Shown: positions 53,377 to 62,120 of the stretch, in pieces
Position numbering within the stretch: the first letter of the stretch is position 1
How the letters are laid out: each line of letters begins with the position of its first letter
Origin: a virus
Taxonomy: Duplodnaviria; Caudoviricetes
Strand: one strand, 5' to 3'
DNA length: 64,000 nt
Virus record (IMG/VR): IMGVR_UViG_2236876025_000005
Location: 1,662-65,661 of that record
Notes under the pieces: model-generated
The model's input: only the letters and a program-made list of their open reading frames with translations
Told to the model about the DNA's origin: nothing
The model's database searches: none
Translations under genes and position numbers: made by a program

Positions 53377-55101
53377 TTATTGTCTTACAGTGAGTTCGCC
53401 GAATATGATAGTTCCCTTGTAATAGGACATAAGATACTCGCCGTTCGTCTCGTATGTCGGCTCGTCGCCTATGACTTTCACGCTGACAGCGTTGCCCTGA
53501 GCGTCCTCGAATGTCAGGGATGCCGACGTGAATGACGCGCCTGTCTTGAAAAATATGTTCGATTCACACGCGCCGTTGCTGTCCGAGCCTATTACAACCG
53601 TCAGGGACGACAAAGCCGTCAGGGACGACACGTCAGCCGTCGAGCCTATGAAATAGTTGTGTCCCGATTCGACCTCCAACTCGCACGCGCCGCTCGTCAC
53701 AACCAAGTCGCCGCTCGTTACATAATGGTTGGTAGCCGACACGTTTATAGTGACCGACGCGTAACCGTCGTTCTGTCCGTTGCCGCCTGTCGTCAGGGAA
53801 ATGTTCTTTCCCCCTATAATATCCAACGCCTTGTTGCTGTCGTTCGCGAGCAACTGTGTGTTGTCAACCTGTATGACACGGAACGTGTTAAGGTCTGACG
53901 GCGTCTCCCAAGACAGGGTCGAACCGTTAGTCATCAGGAACTTGTTGTTGTGACTTGTTTGGTCGGGTATCAGGTTGGTGTCAGTCCAAGGCACGTTCAC
54001 GAACGCCTTGCTGTTTCCGTCCAACTGAACAGGATAGTTGCGAGTGTTAGTCGTGCTGTCAGAGTAACCCAAGTATATGCCGCCGAGCGTGTTGCTTGAC
54101 GCTGTCGGTAACGAGTATGACGACGGGGTCGGCAGTGTCACCGTGTGTTCCGATATTCCCGTGACGCGCCCGTACTTGTCAACAGTGATATACGGCACTT
54201 TGAACGTACTGCCGAACGACGGGGACTGAGCCGACGAATCACCGTAACTGCCTGCGGTCGCGCCGCTCTTTGTCAGGTGCAGAGTGCCTGTGCCTGTTAT
54301 AGTGCCGCCGTCTGTTGACGTGTCATTACTTGTCGTGTTCAAGCCTGCCCCTGCCGTGATTGAGGTCACAGTGCCGACAGCCTGCCAAGACGCCTCTAAC
54401 GTTCCGCCGTTATCAACAATTTTTAAACAAAGCCCTGCGGTTGTCATAGTCGGCAGACCCGTGTCAGTCCAAGGGACGTTCACGAACGCCTTGTTGGTCT
54501 GTGATTCCAACTGAACGGCGTAGTTGCGCGAGCCGACGGTACTGTCAGTGTAGCCTATCTTGATTCCGCCGAGGTCGTTAGCTGTCGCAGGCTGTATCGA
54601 GCCTGATACGTTCAGGGCGAGTGCGTCGAACTTGTACACGGGGTTAGCCTCTGTACCCACGTTCACGACTACAATGTTCGTGCCTCTCGGTATCGTTACA
54701 GCCGTCCCTGTGTATTCCTTGAAATCGGCTGTCATGGTCGCGTCGTCCGTCAGGTCGTAAACGTCACCGACTTTCGTGTCGGCGTCTTCAAGCGTGCTGT
54801 GTATGTCCGTTGACGCCAAGCCGCCCTGAACGTGATATATGCCTGACAACAACGCGTCAACCTCGTCCTTTGTGTATGCGTTGGTTATGTTGTACTCGGC
54901 AAGCGTCTCGCCCTTGTCAGCCTTTCTGTTTTCAAGTTTGGCGAGGGCGTTGTTCAGGTCGTCCGTCTGTTCTATGTCGCCTGTCTCGCCGTTGTTCTCG
55001 TAGTCTGTCAGTTGGACGCACTCACCCGTGTTGAGTGGAATCCATAAATCGTTCTTGTCGTCTTTCTTGTGCAGTTGCACTATCTTTCTTGTCTCCGCCA
55101 T
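53377..55101 (-). CDS. tail fibre-like virion protein
   Basis: Two copies of LGGIxxGYxDST..RNYxVQL..KAFVNVPWTDT; GVTAGSYG-like and ITVDKYGRVT fibre motifs; start MAETRK at 55101. Confidence 0.75.
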   Translation of the reverse strand: MAETRKIVQLHKKDDKNDLWIPLNTGECVQLTDYENNGETGDIEQTDDLNNALAKLENRKADKGETLAEYNITNAYTKDEVDALLSGIYHVQGGLASTDIHSTLEDADTKVGDVYDLTDDATMTADFKEYTGTAVTIPRGTNIVVVNVGTEANPVYKFDALALNVSGSIQPATANDLGGIKIGYTDSTVGSRNYAVQLESQTNKAFVNVPWTDTGLPTMTTAGLCLKIVDNGGTLEASWQAVGTVTSITAGAGLNTTSNDTSTDGGTITGTGTLHLTKSGATAGSYGDSSAQSPSFGSTFKVPYITVDKYGRVTGISEHTVTLPTPSSYSLPTASSNTLGGIYLGYSDSTTNTRNYPVQLDGNSKAFVNVPWTDTNLIPDQTSHNNKFLMTNGSTLSWETPSDLNTFRVIQVDNTQLLANDSNKALDIIGGKNISLTTGGNGQNDGYASVTINVSATNHYVTSGDLVVTSGACELEVESGHNYFIGSTADVSSLTALSSLTVVIGSDSNGACESNIFFKTGASFTSASLTFEDAQGNAVSVKVIGDEPTYETNGEYLMSYYKGTIIFGELTVRQ

Positions 55102-55128
55102 CGTGTTTACGGTTTTAATTGTTTTGCA

Positions 55129-55170
55129 CAAAGATAAAAAAAATCCGTACACAATGTTTATGTACGGATT
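55129..55170 (-). terminator. polA terminator overlapping the -7 promoter box of the fibre gene
   Basis: ATCCGTACA/TGTACGGAT stem with T8 on -; CAAAGATA at 55129-55136. Confidence 0.7.
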
Positions 55171-55232
55171 GGGTCAGCGCAAGTCCGACCTTATTATAAA
55201 AAAATGGCTCAACGAATATAGTGTTTTTTTAA

Positions 55233-57785
55233 TCAAACAACATTTTTGTTCCGAGTTTTTATTTTATCAATATCAACCTCAACCAAGTGTCCCCAATCCT
55301 GACCGACGGACACGCTCGCCTTTAACGGCAACGCCATAAGCGGATGCTCGAAATACATAGTGTCGTATATTTTTTCAACAGCATTGTATAAATATTCCTC
55401 TCTCACATAGAAATTGCACTCGTCGTGTACGGTGTTGGCGAACCTGACGTTCTCAGCCCATGTGCTGTCCGTGTCGAACAGACGCTTGAACTTGCACAGG
55501 TCGATTCTGATTATGTCCGCGCCCGTGTTCTTGTTCACGAAACCCTGATTGTCGTACATCTGCATATCGGTTATCTTGGTACACGAGCCGACGGGAACGG
55601 TCATTCCTTTCTCCAAACACCACCATATCTTTTTCAGGCGTGTCTTTCCGCGTCTGAAAAACGACACTCTGAACTTGTCACGTCTCTCACTGTAAACGAC
55701 ATTGTAACCGAACAGGGACGCGACAGACCTCAGCGACACAGCCGCCTTGTAGTCAGCCTTGAACCAATGTCTTGTCAACGCCAATTTCAACAGTGCGCTG
55801 TTCAGTGTGACGTTGTCGTCCTTTATTTCACCGTCACGCTTGCACAACAGGACGAACAGGGACGCGCAGTCGCTCACCGACTTGAACACGAAATGATTTA
55901 TTTTCCAACGTCTCTTTCTCAGTTTGGCTAACCATACGCGTCCGCGCAAACCGTCTCTGACCTTTGTGGCTCTCGGTGACTTTCTTTTCCCGTAAACGAG
56001 CGAGTGATTGTCGTCGCATATCATCCACTCGCCGCCGCCGAACAGACAGAACAGAGGCTCTGATTCCCCCCTGTGCGTCGGTATAATCATTCCGCCGTGT
56101 ATGTCCCTGACCTTGCGTCCGATTATGTTTTCCATACGGACAGCCGAGTGTTCGGTCTCCAAGTGTCCCGACAGCGGCGTGCAACCCTGAATCGGTGAGT
56201 TGCAGGCGCAACGGTCAGCCGACCTGTAATCGCCTTTCTGATACGATTCAAACAGCATTCTCGGTCGCCCGAACAGAGTTGACACGTAACCGTTCTTACG
56301 CGCTTTCTCAACCATGCGCTGACGCCAAGACGCCAAGCCGCTCAGGTGCGAGAAATATTTTGTCAGCATAGCCTTGCACTCGTCAACGGTTATTTTCAGG
56401 CGTCTCGATATTGAGTATTCCGTCGCGCCGTATATGACACTGAAATTCAACTGTTTGATTTTAGAACGGCTCTCGTCGTCCGCCTGACCGAACATTGTCT
56501 CGGCTATGTGTCTGTGTATGTCCTTTCCCTCGCGTATTGGCTCAATCAGGTTCTCGTCCTTGCTGAAACAGGCGGCAAGCACCATTTCCTCGCCGCTGTA
56601 ATCGGCTGACACCCAAACGTACCCGTCGGGACATACGAACGCGTCACGCAGTCCGCCCTTGCATTTGACTTCCCTGACAGCGTCTTCAGGGTTGTCGTCA
56701 ACGGTGAAACCCAAAGCGTTGTCAGCCTTGTGTACGTAGCGTACGACGTCCTTTTTCTCGACAGCCTGAATATTGAAATCGTTGAAAAAGGTGTTGCCTC
56801 TCGCGCCGCCTGACGACAGTCGTCCTGTCGCCGCCGTCACAGTCGAATACCGAACTCGAATGGTGTCACCGTAGTTCAGCATTTTTTCAAGCGTTGTCCT
56901 GTAAACAGCGAGTTCCCCGTACTGTTTGACTAACATAACGACGGGGTTCGTCGAATCCTTGACGATAAAATCGGACAGGCTGTCAACCATTCCGACACAC
57001 TCGCGCACCAATTCAAGCCTTTTGTTAGGGTTGTCTATTTCGGCGTCGTAGCCCAACAGACCGCGTAGCTTGTATTTCACCTCGTCTATGTCCGTGTTCA
57101 CGCTGTTCAGTTCGTTTCTCACCCGTTCCTTTGAGACAGGCAACTCGGTGTTCCTGCATATCCAACGGACAACCTCGTTCGATTCGTTGTCCAACCTGTA
57201 TATGTTGTGAATCATAGGGTACGCGTCCCAAACCTTGCGAGCCAACATTATCGTCAGCACCGTCTTCTGAGCCGCGAACAGGTACGATATTTCAGGGTCG
57301 TGCTGTGCGAAATTCACACGTTCGAGGTCAAGTTCGTATATAGGCACGTCAGGGAAATACAGGTGCGCGTACTCGTTCCTCGTCGGACACGGCTTGTTAG
57401 TACACAGGTACAGCATAATCTGAGCGTCGTGCGTATGGTTCAGACCACACCTGATTCCGTCCTTTTCAAGGAACGTGAACACGAACTCACGGTTGTACAG
57501 CAACACCTTGTTACCGTCTATTACCTTTTGAACCAAATCGAACACAGGCTCTGTGTCAACGTTGTGTCCTTTCGAGTGACGCAACGGAATATAGTACGAT
57601 ACTATCCTGTCCCCGTCCAACACAGCTATTGACACGCCGACAACGCTGTCAGTGTTATAGTCGAAACCCGTTGTCTCAACGTTCAGCGCGACAGTCTTTC
57701 CGTCTGTCTCAATCTGTCTCAGGTCGTCAACGCTCTCGACAAGACAAAGCGTGTGCGCCGTATTGCTGTAATCACTGTATTTCAT
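55233..57785 (-). CDS. polA: family A DNA polymerase with intein; 3'-5' exonuclease motifs degenerate
   Basis: TGRLSS, motif A SADYS, motif B R..K.LNFSVIYG, TLFGRPR, NSPIQG|TGADII, motif C VHDE. Confidence 0.92.
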   Translation of the reverse strand: MKYSDYSNTAHTLCLVESVDDLRQIETDGKTVALNVETTGFDYNTDSVVGVSIAVLDGDRIVSYYIPLRHSKGHNVDTEPVFDLVQKVIDGNKVLLYNREFVFTFLEKDGIRCGLNHTHDAQIMLYLCTNKPCPTRNEYAHLYFPDVPIYELDLERVNFAQHDPEISYLFAAQKTVLTIMLARKVWDAYPMIHNIYRLDNESNEVVRWICRNTELPVSKERVRNELNSVNTDIDEVKYKLRGLLGYDAEIDNPNKRLELVRECVGMVDSLSDFIVKDSTNPVVMLVKQYGELAVYRTTLEKMLNYGDTIRVRYSTVTAATGRLSSGGARGNTFFNDFNIQAVEKKDVVRYVHKADNALGFTVDDNPEDAVREVKCKGGLRDAFVCPDGYVWVSADYSGEEMVLAACFSKDENLIEPIREGKDIHRHIAETMFGQADDESRSKIKQLNFSVIYGATEYSISRRLKITVDECKAMLTKYFSHLSGLASWRQRMVEKARKNGYVSTLFGRPRMLFESYQKGDYRSADRCACNSPIQGCTPLSGHLETEHSAVRMENIIGRKVRDIHGGMIIPTHRGESEPLFCLFGGGEWMICDDNHSLVYGKRKSPRATKVRDGLRGRVWLAKLRKRRWKINHFVFKSVSDCASLFVLLCKRDGEIKDDNVTLNSALLKLALTRHWFKADYKAAVSLRSVASLFGYNVVYSERRDKFRVSFFRRGKTRLKKIWWCLEKGMTVPVGSCTKITDMQMYDNQGFVNKNTGADIIRIDLCKFKRLFDTDSTWAENVRFANTVHDECNFYVREEYLYNAVEKIYDTMYFEHPLMALPLKASVSVGQDWGHLVEVDIDKIKTRNKNVV
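55527..56183 (-). mobile_element. divergent intein (219 aa) in PolA
   Basis: Insert begins with Cys and ends with Asn, +1 Thr; removal restores PIQG-TGADII; block B-like CDDNH. Confidence 0.85.
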
Positions 57786-58146
57786 TTTTTGTAATTATTT
57801 TGTTCAGCACGTCCGACATACGTTCGTTCGGGGCGCACTCAACGATTCTGATTCGTTTCTGAGGCTGTCTGTCCTGTCTCTCGACAGGCTCGATTACAGC
57901 CGAACCTTTCAGGTCGTCGAGACGCTTTCTATCATACGCGTACAACAAATCGTACACAGTGTAGAATCGGTTGCAACTGAAACACTTGATTCCGTTGAAA
58001 TAACGCTTAGCCGCAGGGGTGTTGGTGTTGACGTGGAACGGACAAAAGAACTTGCCTGACGGAATGTTCTTTCCGAATATCCGCCTGTATTCCGTGTCTA
58101 TGCTCAACGTGCCGTTGACGTAATCTATGAACGAGCGTAAGTCCAT
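57772..58146 (-). CDS. stand-alone CHC2 (primase-type) Zn-finger protein
   Basis: FFCPFH..TNTP......KCFSC. Confidence 0.8.
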   Translation of the reverse strand: MDLRSFIDYVNGTLSIDTEYRRIFGKNIPSGKFFCPFHVNTNTPAAKRYFNGIKCFSCNRFYTVYDLLYAYDRKRLDDLKGSAVIEPVERQDRQPQKRIRIVECAPNERMSDVLNKIITKNEIQ

Positions 58147-58168
58147 TGTTGCTGTTGTTATCGGGGGA

Positions 58169-58193
58169 CAAATGTAATAATTTATTTATTACA
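58169..58193 (-). promoter_or_regulatory. -7 promoter box with palindromic operator
   Basis: CAAATGTA; TGTAATAA-TTTAT-TTATTACA (perfect arms). Confidence 0.7.
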
Positions 58194-58724
58194 AAATACG
58201 GGTACTTCAAAAGAATTATACATTCCCTCAGGTGCTGTCAACGCCAAGCCCCTACCTATCAGGTTGGTATAGTCGAAATGGTGTTGGTTGAACCATTCGG
58301 AAATACGCGCTATGTCGGAAAACCTGAACACATTTTCGATTAAAGCATACCCTGTCGCGATTTGTGTGAACGGCGGCTGTATGTCGTTACGGAATTTAGT
58401 CAGTTCGGCGAAATCGTCGTCGGTGTAATTGAGACAGCATTCATAGAAACTGATTTTTTCCTGTTCGGTCATTTCGGTCAGGGGTCTCAGGTACGGTCTC
58501 ACGTTTTCCCAATGACACACACTTTCGCTTTTTACGGGCGGAAACCAATTTTCAGGGTATTTATCAACCATGTATATACTGCAAAAGCCGTTGTGATGCC
58601 AAAGGTACACGCGCCCGATTTTCGGGTACGGGTACGAATCGCCGAGGTCATATTTCACCATAAGTCCGTACGGCAACCGCGCCGCAACCTCGCGTTTGAT
58701 AATGTCGATTTCGTTTGGTGTCAT
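58182..58724 (-). CDS. RLPYG-family protein (paralog 2)
   Basis: REVAARLPYGL...VRPYLRPLTEMT...HHFDYTNLI.RGLALTAPEGMY. Confidence 0.75.
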   Translation of the reverse strand: MTPNEIDIIKREVAARLPYGLMVKYDLGDSYPYPKIGRVYLWHHNGFCSIYMVDKYPENWFPPVKSESVCHWENVRPYLRPLTEMTEQEKISFYECCLNYTDDDFAELTKFRNDIQPPFTQIATGYALIENVFRFSDIARISEWFNQHHFDYTNLIGRGLALTAPEGMYNSFEVPVFCNK

Positions 58725-58767
58725 AGTTCATTCTCCTTTCAATAGTTTTATTCGTTATTTCCATTGT

Positions 58768-59190
58768 TTATTTGCTTTTTGGTTCATATCTATCCAAGAA
58801 ATCGTCACACAGACCTTTAATGTCTATTTGATTATCTTCGATGGTAATCATGTCACAATACTTACATGAGCCATCAACCTTCATTACACACAAACCATCA
58901 CCTGTGCTTGTTATTGTGTCACCTTCACTGATAAGCAGATATTCCAACTCTCCATTGCTCTTGTATAACAAGAACCTTGTTTGTTGTTTATTCTCATTTG
59001 TTTTCTCGCTCATAAATTTCCATTGGTTTTGTGAAGATATGCAAAAATGTGCGTTATAATCATCGTTGTCTTCCGTGTGGCATGACACATGGTATCTTCC
59101 ACCTTCAATGTCGGTAACAACGCACACCTTGTTATTCGGATTATCGACTTCCGTTATAATATCACCTATCTTGAATTTTGGTTTTGTCAT
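58768..59190 (-). CDS. hypothetical protein with KFKIGD SH3-like module
   Basis: 140-aa ORF. Confidence 0.65.
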   Translation of the reverse strand: MTKPKFKIGDIITEVDNPNNKVCVVTDIEGGRYHVSCHTEDNDDYNAHFCISSQNQWKFMSEKTNENKQQTRFLLYKSNGELEYLLISEGDTITSTGDGLCVMKVDGSCKYCDMITIEDNQIDIKGLCDDFLDRYEPKSK

Positions 59191-59194
59191 AGTT

Positions 59195-59434
59195 CTATTC
59201 TCCTTTCATTGCTTTAATAAAGTCTTCTTTGGTGCGCTCGCCTTTTTGCTCCGTAAGCCAATTCCAAGCCTTGTCAATCCATTGTTGCTTTTCCTTTTCA
59301 CGTTGCTCATCTTTCCATTGCATTGCCTCAAATGCTGATTGATACGATTCAAATTCACAATCGCCGTGTCCGTGACACGGTGTTTGGTATCTTTCCGCAA
59401 TTTCTCTCGCTTTTTGTTCGTTTGATATATCCAT
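59195..59434 (-). CDS. hypothetical protein (EAMQWKDEQ family)
   Basis: Paralogous to 59960-60193. Confidence 0.7.
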   Translation of the reverse strand: MDISNEQKAREIAERYQTPCHGHGDCEFESYQSAFEAMQWKDEQREKEKQQWIDKAWNWLTEQKGERTKEDFIKAMKGE

Positions 59435-59446
59435 AGTTCTATTTGT

Positions 59447-59728
59447 TTATCGGTAAAACTTTTTATACCCTCGTTCATCTATCACCATCAGTCTTCCCCA
59501 ACAGCGGTCTGTTTCAGTGCAACAATTGTGATATTCACTGCGCTCTTTATGATAGCGTTCATCGTAGCGAACAAATCTTTTTCTTGCCAATTCAAAAGAA
59601 TCCGCCATTATTATTTCCCCGTCTTTGTCATATACTCCAAACAACTGTCCAAATGCTGTTTCGCATACTAAATATGGTTTGAATTTTGAAATGCGGTTTC
59701 TAAGTTTCTTTATACGCCTTGCTCTCAT
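59447..59728 (-). CDS. hypothetical protein
   Basis: 93-aa ORF. Confidence 0.65.
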   Translation of the reverse strand: MRARRIKKLRNRISKFKPYLVCETAFGQLFGVYDKDGEIIMADSFELARKRFVRYDERYHKERSEYHNCCTETDRCWGRLMVIDERGYKKFYR

Positions 59729-59748
59729 AACTCAAAGTTTTAATAGTT

Positions 59749-59955
59749 TTATTTTTTAGTGATTCCTAATATTTGTGGGTTAGTTAGAATGTTATATTCA
59801 TCAAACCATGACCCTGCTTGTTTCGTCACCCAATCAACAATTTCTGATAAAGGTGTGTTTTCGTCAAATGTTTTTGCGAATGATTTTACCTCGCAATTAC
59901 AAGCACAATCGTATTGTTCTCTTCGCCTAAATTCGATAATGTATGTTTTTCCCAT
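59749..59955 (-). CDS. hypothetical protein
   Basis: 68-aa ORF. Confidence 0.65.
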   Translation of the reverse strand: MGKTYIIEFRRREQYDCACNCEVKSFAKTFDENTPLSEIVDWVTKQAGSWFDEYNILTNPQILGITKK

Positions 59956-59959
59956 AACC

Positions 59960-60193
59960 TTATTCCCTTTTCAATAATTTTATTCGGTTATTGATAATTA
60001 CATTTAATGCTTGTTGCGTTGACGCTTGGAACATAAGGCTTTGTAGAAACTCAATTTCCTGTTCGTCTTTCCACGCCATTGCATCAAGTGCCGCGTCTTT
60101 TGCGGCATAGTGCGCGGCGTTATCTCCCCCAATGTCGTAGGGTGATATGTTCTCCGCAAGTTCTATTGCTTTCTCTTCGTTTGATTGTTTCAT
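59960..60193 (-). CDS. hypothetical protein (DAMAWKDEQ family)
   Basis: SNEEKAIELAE...AALDAMAWKDEQ. Confidence 0.7.
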   Translation of the reverse strand: MKQSNEEKAIELAENISPYDIGGDNAAHYAAKDAALDAMAWKDEQEIEFLQSLMFQASTQQALNVIINNRIKLLKRE

Positions 60194-60196
60194 AGT

Positions 60197-60577
60197 TTAT
60201 TCTCCTTTAATTAATTCTTTGTTATCGTGAATATTACCAACAATCGTCAAGTAAGGCATATTAAACTCGTAAAAAGTGTTGGCTATTTGCGTAGGGTGAA
60301 GATACTCGTATTCAAAACTTGCTTTCTCTTTGTTCCATACAACTTTGGCGTACATTCCCCCTACTTCAAGTATATCCCCCTCGTAAATTTCCTCGCCGTT
60401 CTTATCAAGCAAGCCTGTGAACTGACCGATGGTATCTGTGCCAACTTTGTTGTTTGCGTAAAGACCGTCACAATCATTAGGATAGATATAGCAACAATCT
60501 CTGTCATCTTGCACCAAGTCACCATACAACCATTCACCGTTTTCAAGTTTCTTACCTCTAAACTTTATCGTTCTCAT
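60197..60577 (-). CDS. YopX-family protein
   Basis: IKFRGK....EWLYGDL...TIGQFTGLLDKNGEEIYEGDIL...IVGNIHDN. Confidence 0.88.
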   Translation of the reverse strand: MRTIKFRGKKLENGEWLYGDLVQDDRDCCYIYPNDCDGLYANNKVGTDTIGQFTGLLDKNGEEIYEGDILEVGGMYAKVVWNKEKASFEYEYLHPTQIANTFYEFNMPYLTIVGNIHDNKELIKGE

Positions 60578-60581
60578 AGTT

Positions 60582-61283
60582 TTATTCTCCTTTCATTGTA
60601 TCTACAAATTCTTTTATCGTATCAATGTCAATGTAAGGGAATTTATGTTCCCAAAACTCACAAGCCTTTATTATGAATCGTTGCTTTGTCCATTCGTGCA
60701 TTTGCAACATTTGTTCCAAACGTTCGCACCAATCGCCACACCGTTCAAAATTCGGACAATCAACGCCGCAGTGACATATTTCCCTTGCCTTTGCCCATAC
60801 AACAGCGTACTGTTCGGGTTTCTGTACAGGTGTTTCCGCGTCCTTGTTTATCGACACGCCCGACGTGTCATACGTGATACCCTTTATGTTTTTGAAAACT
60901 TCAGTTCCGTCCATGAACACCCTGCCGCCGATACGGACGACGGTTTCCTTTTCGTTTTCCTCGACGACCGTAATGTCGTAATCCATACGCGACCAACCGC
61001 CGTCACCCGTGACGCGCTCGATTCGTTTGTTTAGTAACGTGTCGGGTATTTTATCCAACAGCGACCCCCGTTTGTATTCGTACCTGTCCCATTCAGGCGG
61101 AACGTTCCAATTGCCGACCTTTTGGGGTTTCACCCTTATAAATTCAAAATAACCCCATTCGTTCTTGCCGTTGCCCGACAATACCTCATCGACAAATTCG
61201 CCGACGGTCGTCGCCTTGTAATCCGTAATGTCGTAACGCTGTGTTTCGTCACCGCGTATTTTTGATATTGCTTTGAAATTCAT
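60582..61283 (-). CDS. hypothetical multi-module protein
   Basis: 233-aa ORF. Confidence 0.7.
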   Translation of the reverse strand: MNFKAISKIRGDETQRYDITDYKATTVGEFVDEVLSGNGKNEWGYFEFIRVKPQKVGNWNVPPEWDRYEYKRGSLLDKIPDTLLNKRIERVTGDGGWSRMDYDITVVEENEKETVVRIGGRVFMDGTEVFKNIKGITYDTSGVSINKDAETPVQKPEQYAVVWAKAREICHCGVDCPNFERCGDWCERLEQMLQMHEWTKQRFIIKACEFWEHKFPYIDIDTIKEFVDTMKGE

Positions 61284-61285
61284 AG

Positions 61286-61654
61286 TTATTTGTTTTTAAA
61301 TCGTTTGACTGTTTCGCAACAACCTGCCGTGAACCCCAAAAGGTAACAGAACGGTTCTTGGTTGTTGAAATCGACTTTGCAATCGAAATGTTTGAACACC
61401 TCTAACGCGACGTGTCCCGATTCGTGCGCTATAATATCGTCCGTCATATCGGCTTTGCGCCTGAACCGTATGTACGCCCCGTGACGGTAACGTCCGTTAG
61501 GTAACTTTTTCGACACTGTGAACGCCTCGCCGTCCGAGTGTTCCTGCCAATCGGGTATTTCCGTCCCGAAATACTCTTTCTGTTCAGGTATGTCGGCGTC
61601 ACACGACACCCACAACCGCCACGGGTAAATACCAAAATCAAATTCGTGAATCAT
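61286..61654 (-). CDS. HExxH-motif (zincin-like) small protein
   Basis: IIAHESGHVA...EPFCYLLG. Confidence 0.65.
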   Translation of the reverse strand: MIHEFDFGIYPWRLWVSCDADIPEQKEYFGTEIPDWQEHSDGEAFTVSKKLPNGRYRHGAYIRFRRKADMTDDIIAHESGHVALEVFKHFDCKVDFNNQEPFCYLLGFTAGCCETVKRFKNK

Positions 61655-61802
61655 AACTCGTGCAGTATTGATTGAACAATGTCGGCGAGTTCACCGATAA
61701 TTTCAATAAGATTGTAATTGTCGGAATAATCACAGGTGTTGATTTTATCAACTATTTCCGACATTTGTTTTTTGTAATACTTTTTCAAATTCTCGTCCAT
61801 AA

Positions 61803-62120
61803 TCATTTGTATTTTATTTGTTTGACAATATTTACATTCCGTAACAACGGTTCGCCGTCCGAACCGCGCCCGACACAATCGCCCTCAACAAGATAACACG
61901 GGCGGTCGTCATACTGTACAAGTGATTGAAACGTGTTCAACGACTGTTCCGTTATCGGAATCGGTAACACGACACCGATAACCTCGTCACCGACCATCAG
62001 GCAGTTGTACACGGAAACGCCGCGTTCCGTCCCGATTTCCGTTTCAACCCTCCACACCGTCGAGCGTTCGCCCTCAGGTATGTTCCCGAACCGTATGTAT
62101 TTCAACCGTTCCATAATCAA
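61803..62120 (-). CDS. hypothetical protein (YIRFGNIP..ERS...E.GVSVY...GSDGEPLL)
   Basis: 105-aa ORF. Confidence 0.7.
   Translation of the reverse strand: MIMERLKYIRFGNIPEGERSTVWRVETEIGTERGVSVYNCLMVGDEVIGVVLPIPITEQSLNTFQSLVQYDDRPCYLVEGDCVGRGSDGEPLLRNVNIVKQIKYK

Noticed and set aside
47733-55101. Diversity-generating retroelement acting on the LRR or fibre repeats
   Set aside because: No reverse transcriptase is present in the window, and the repeat pairs do not differ specifically at adenines.
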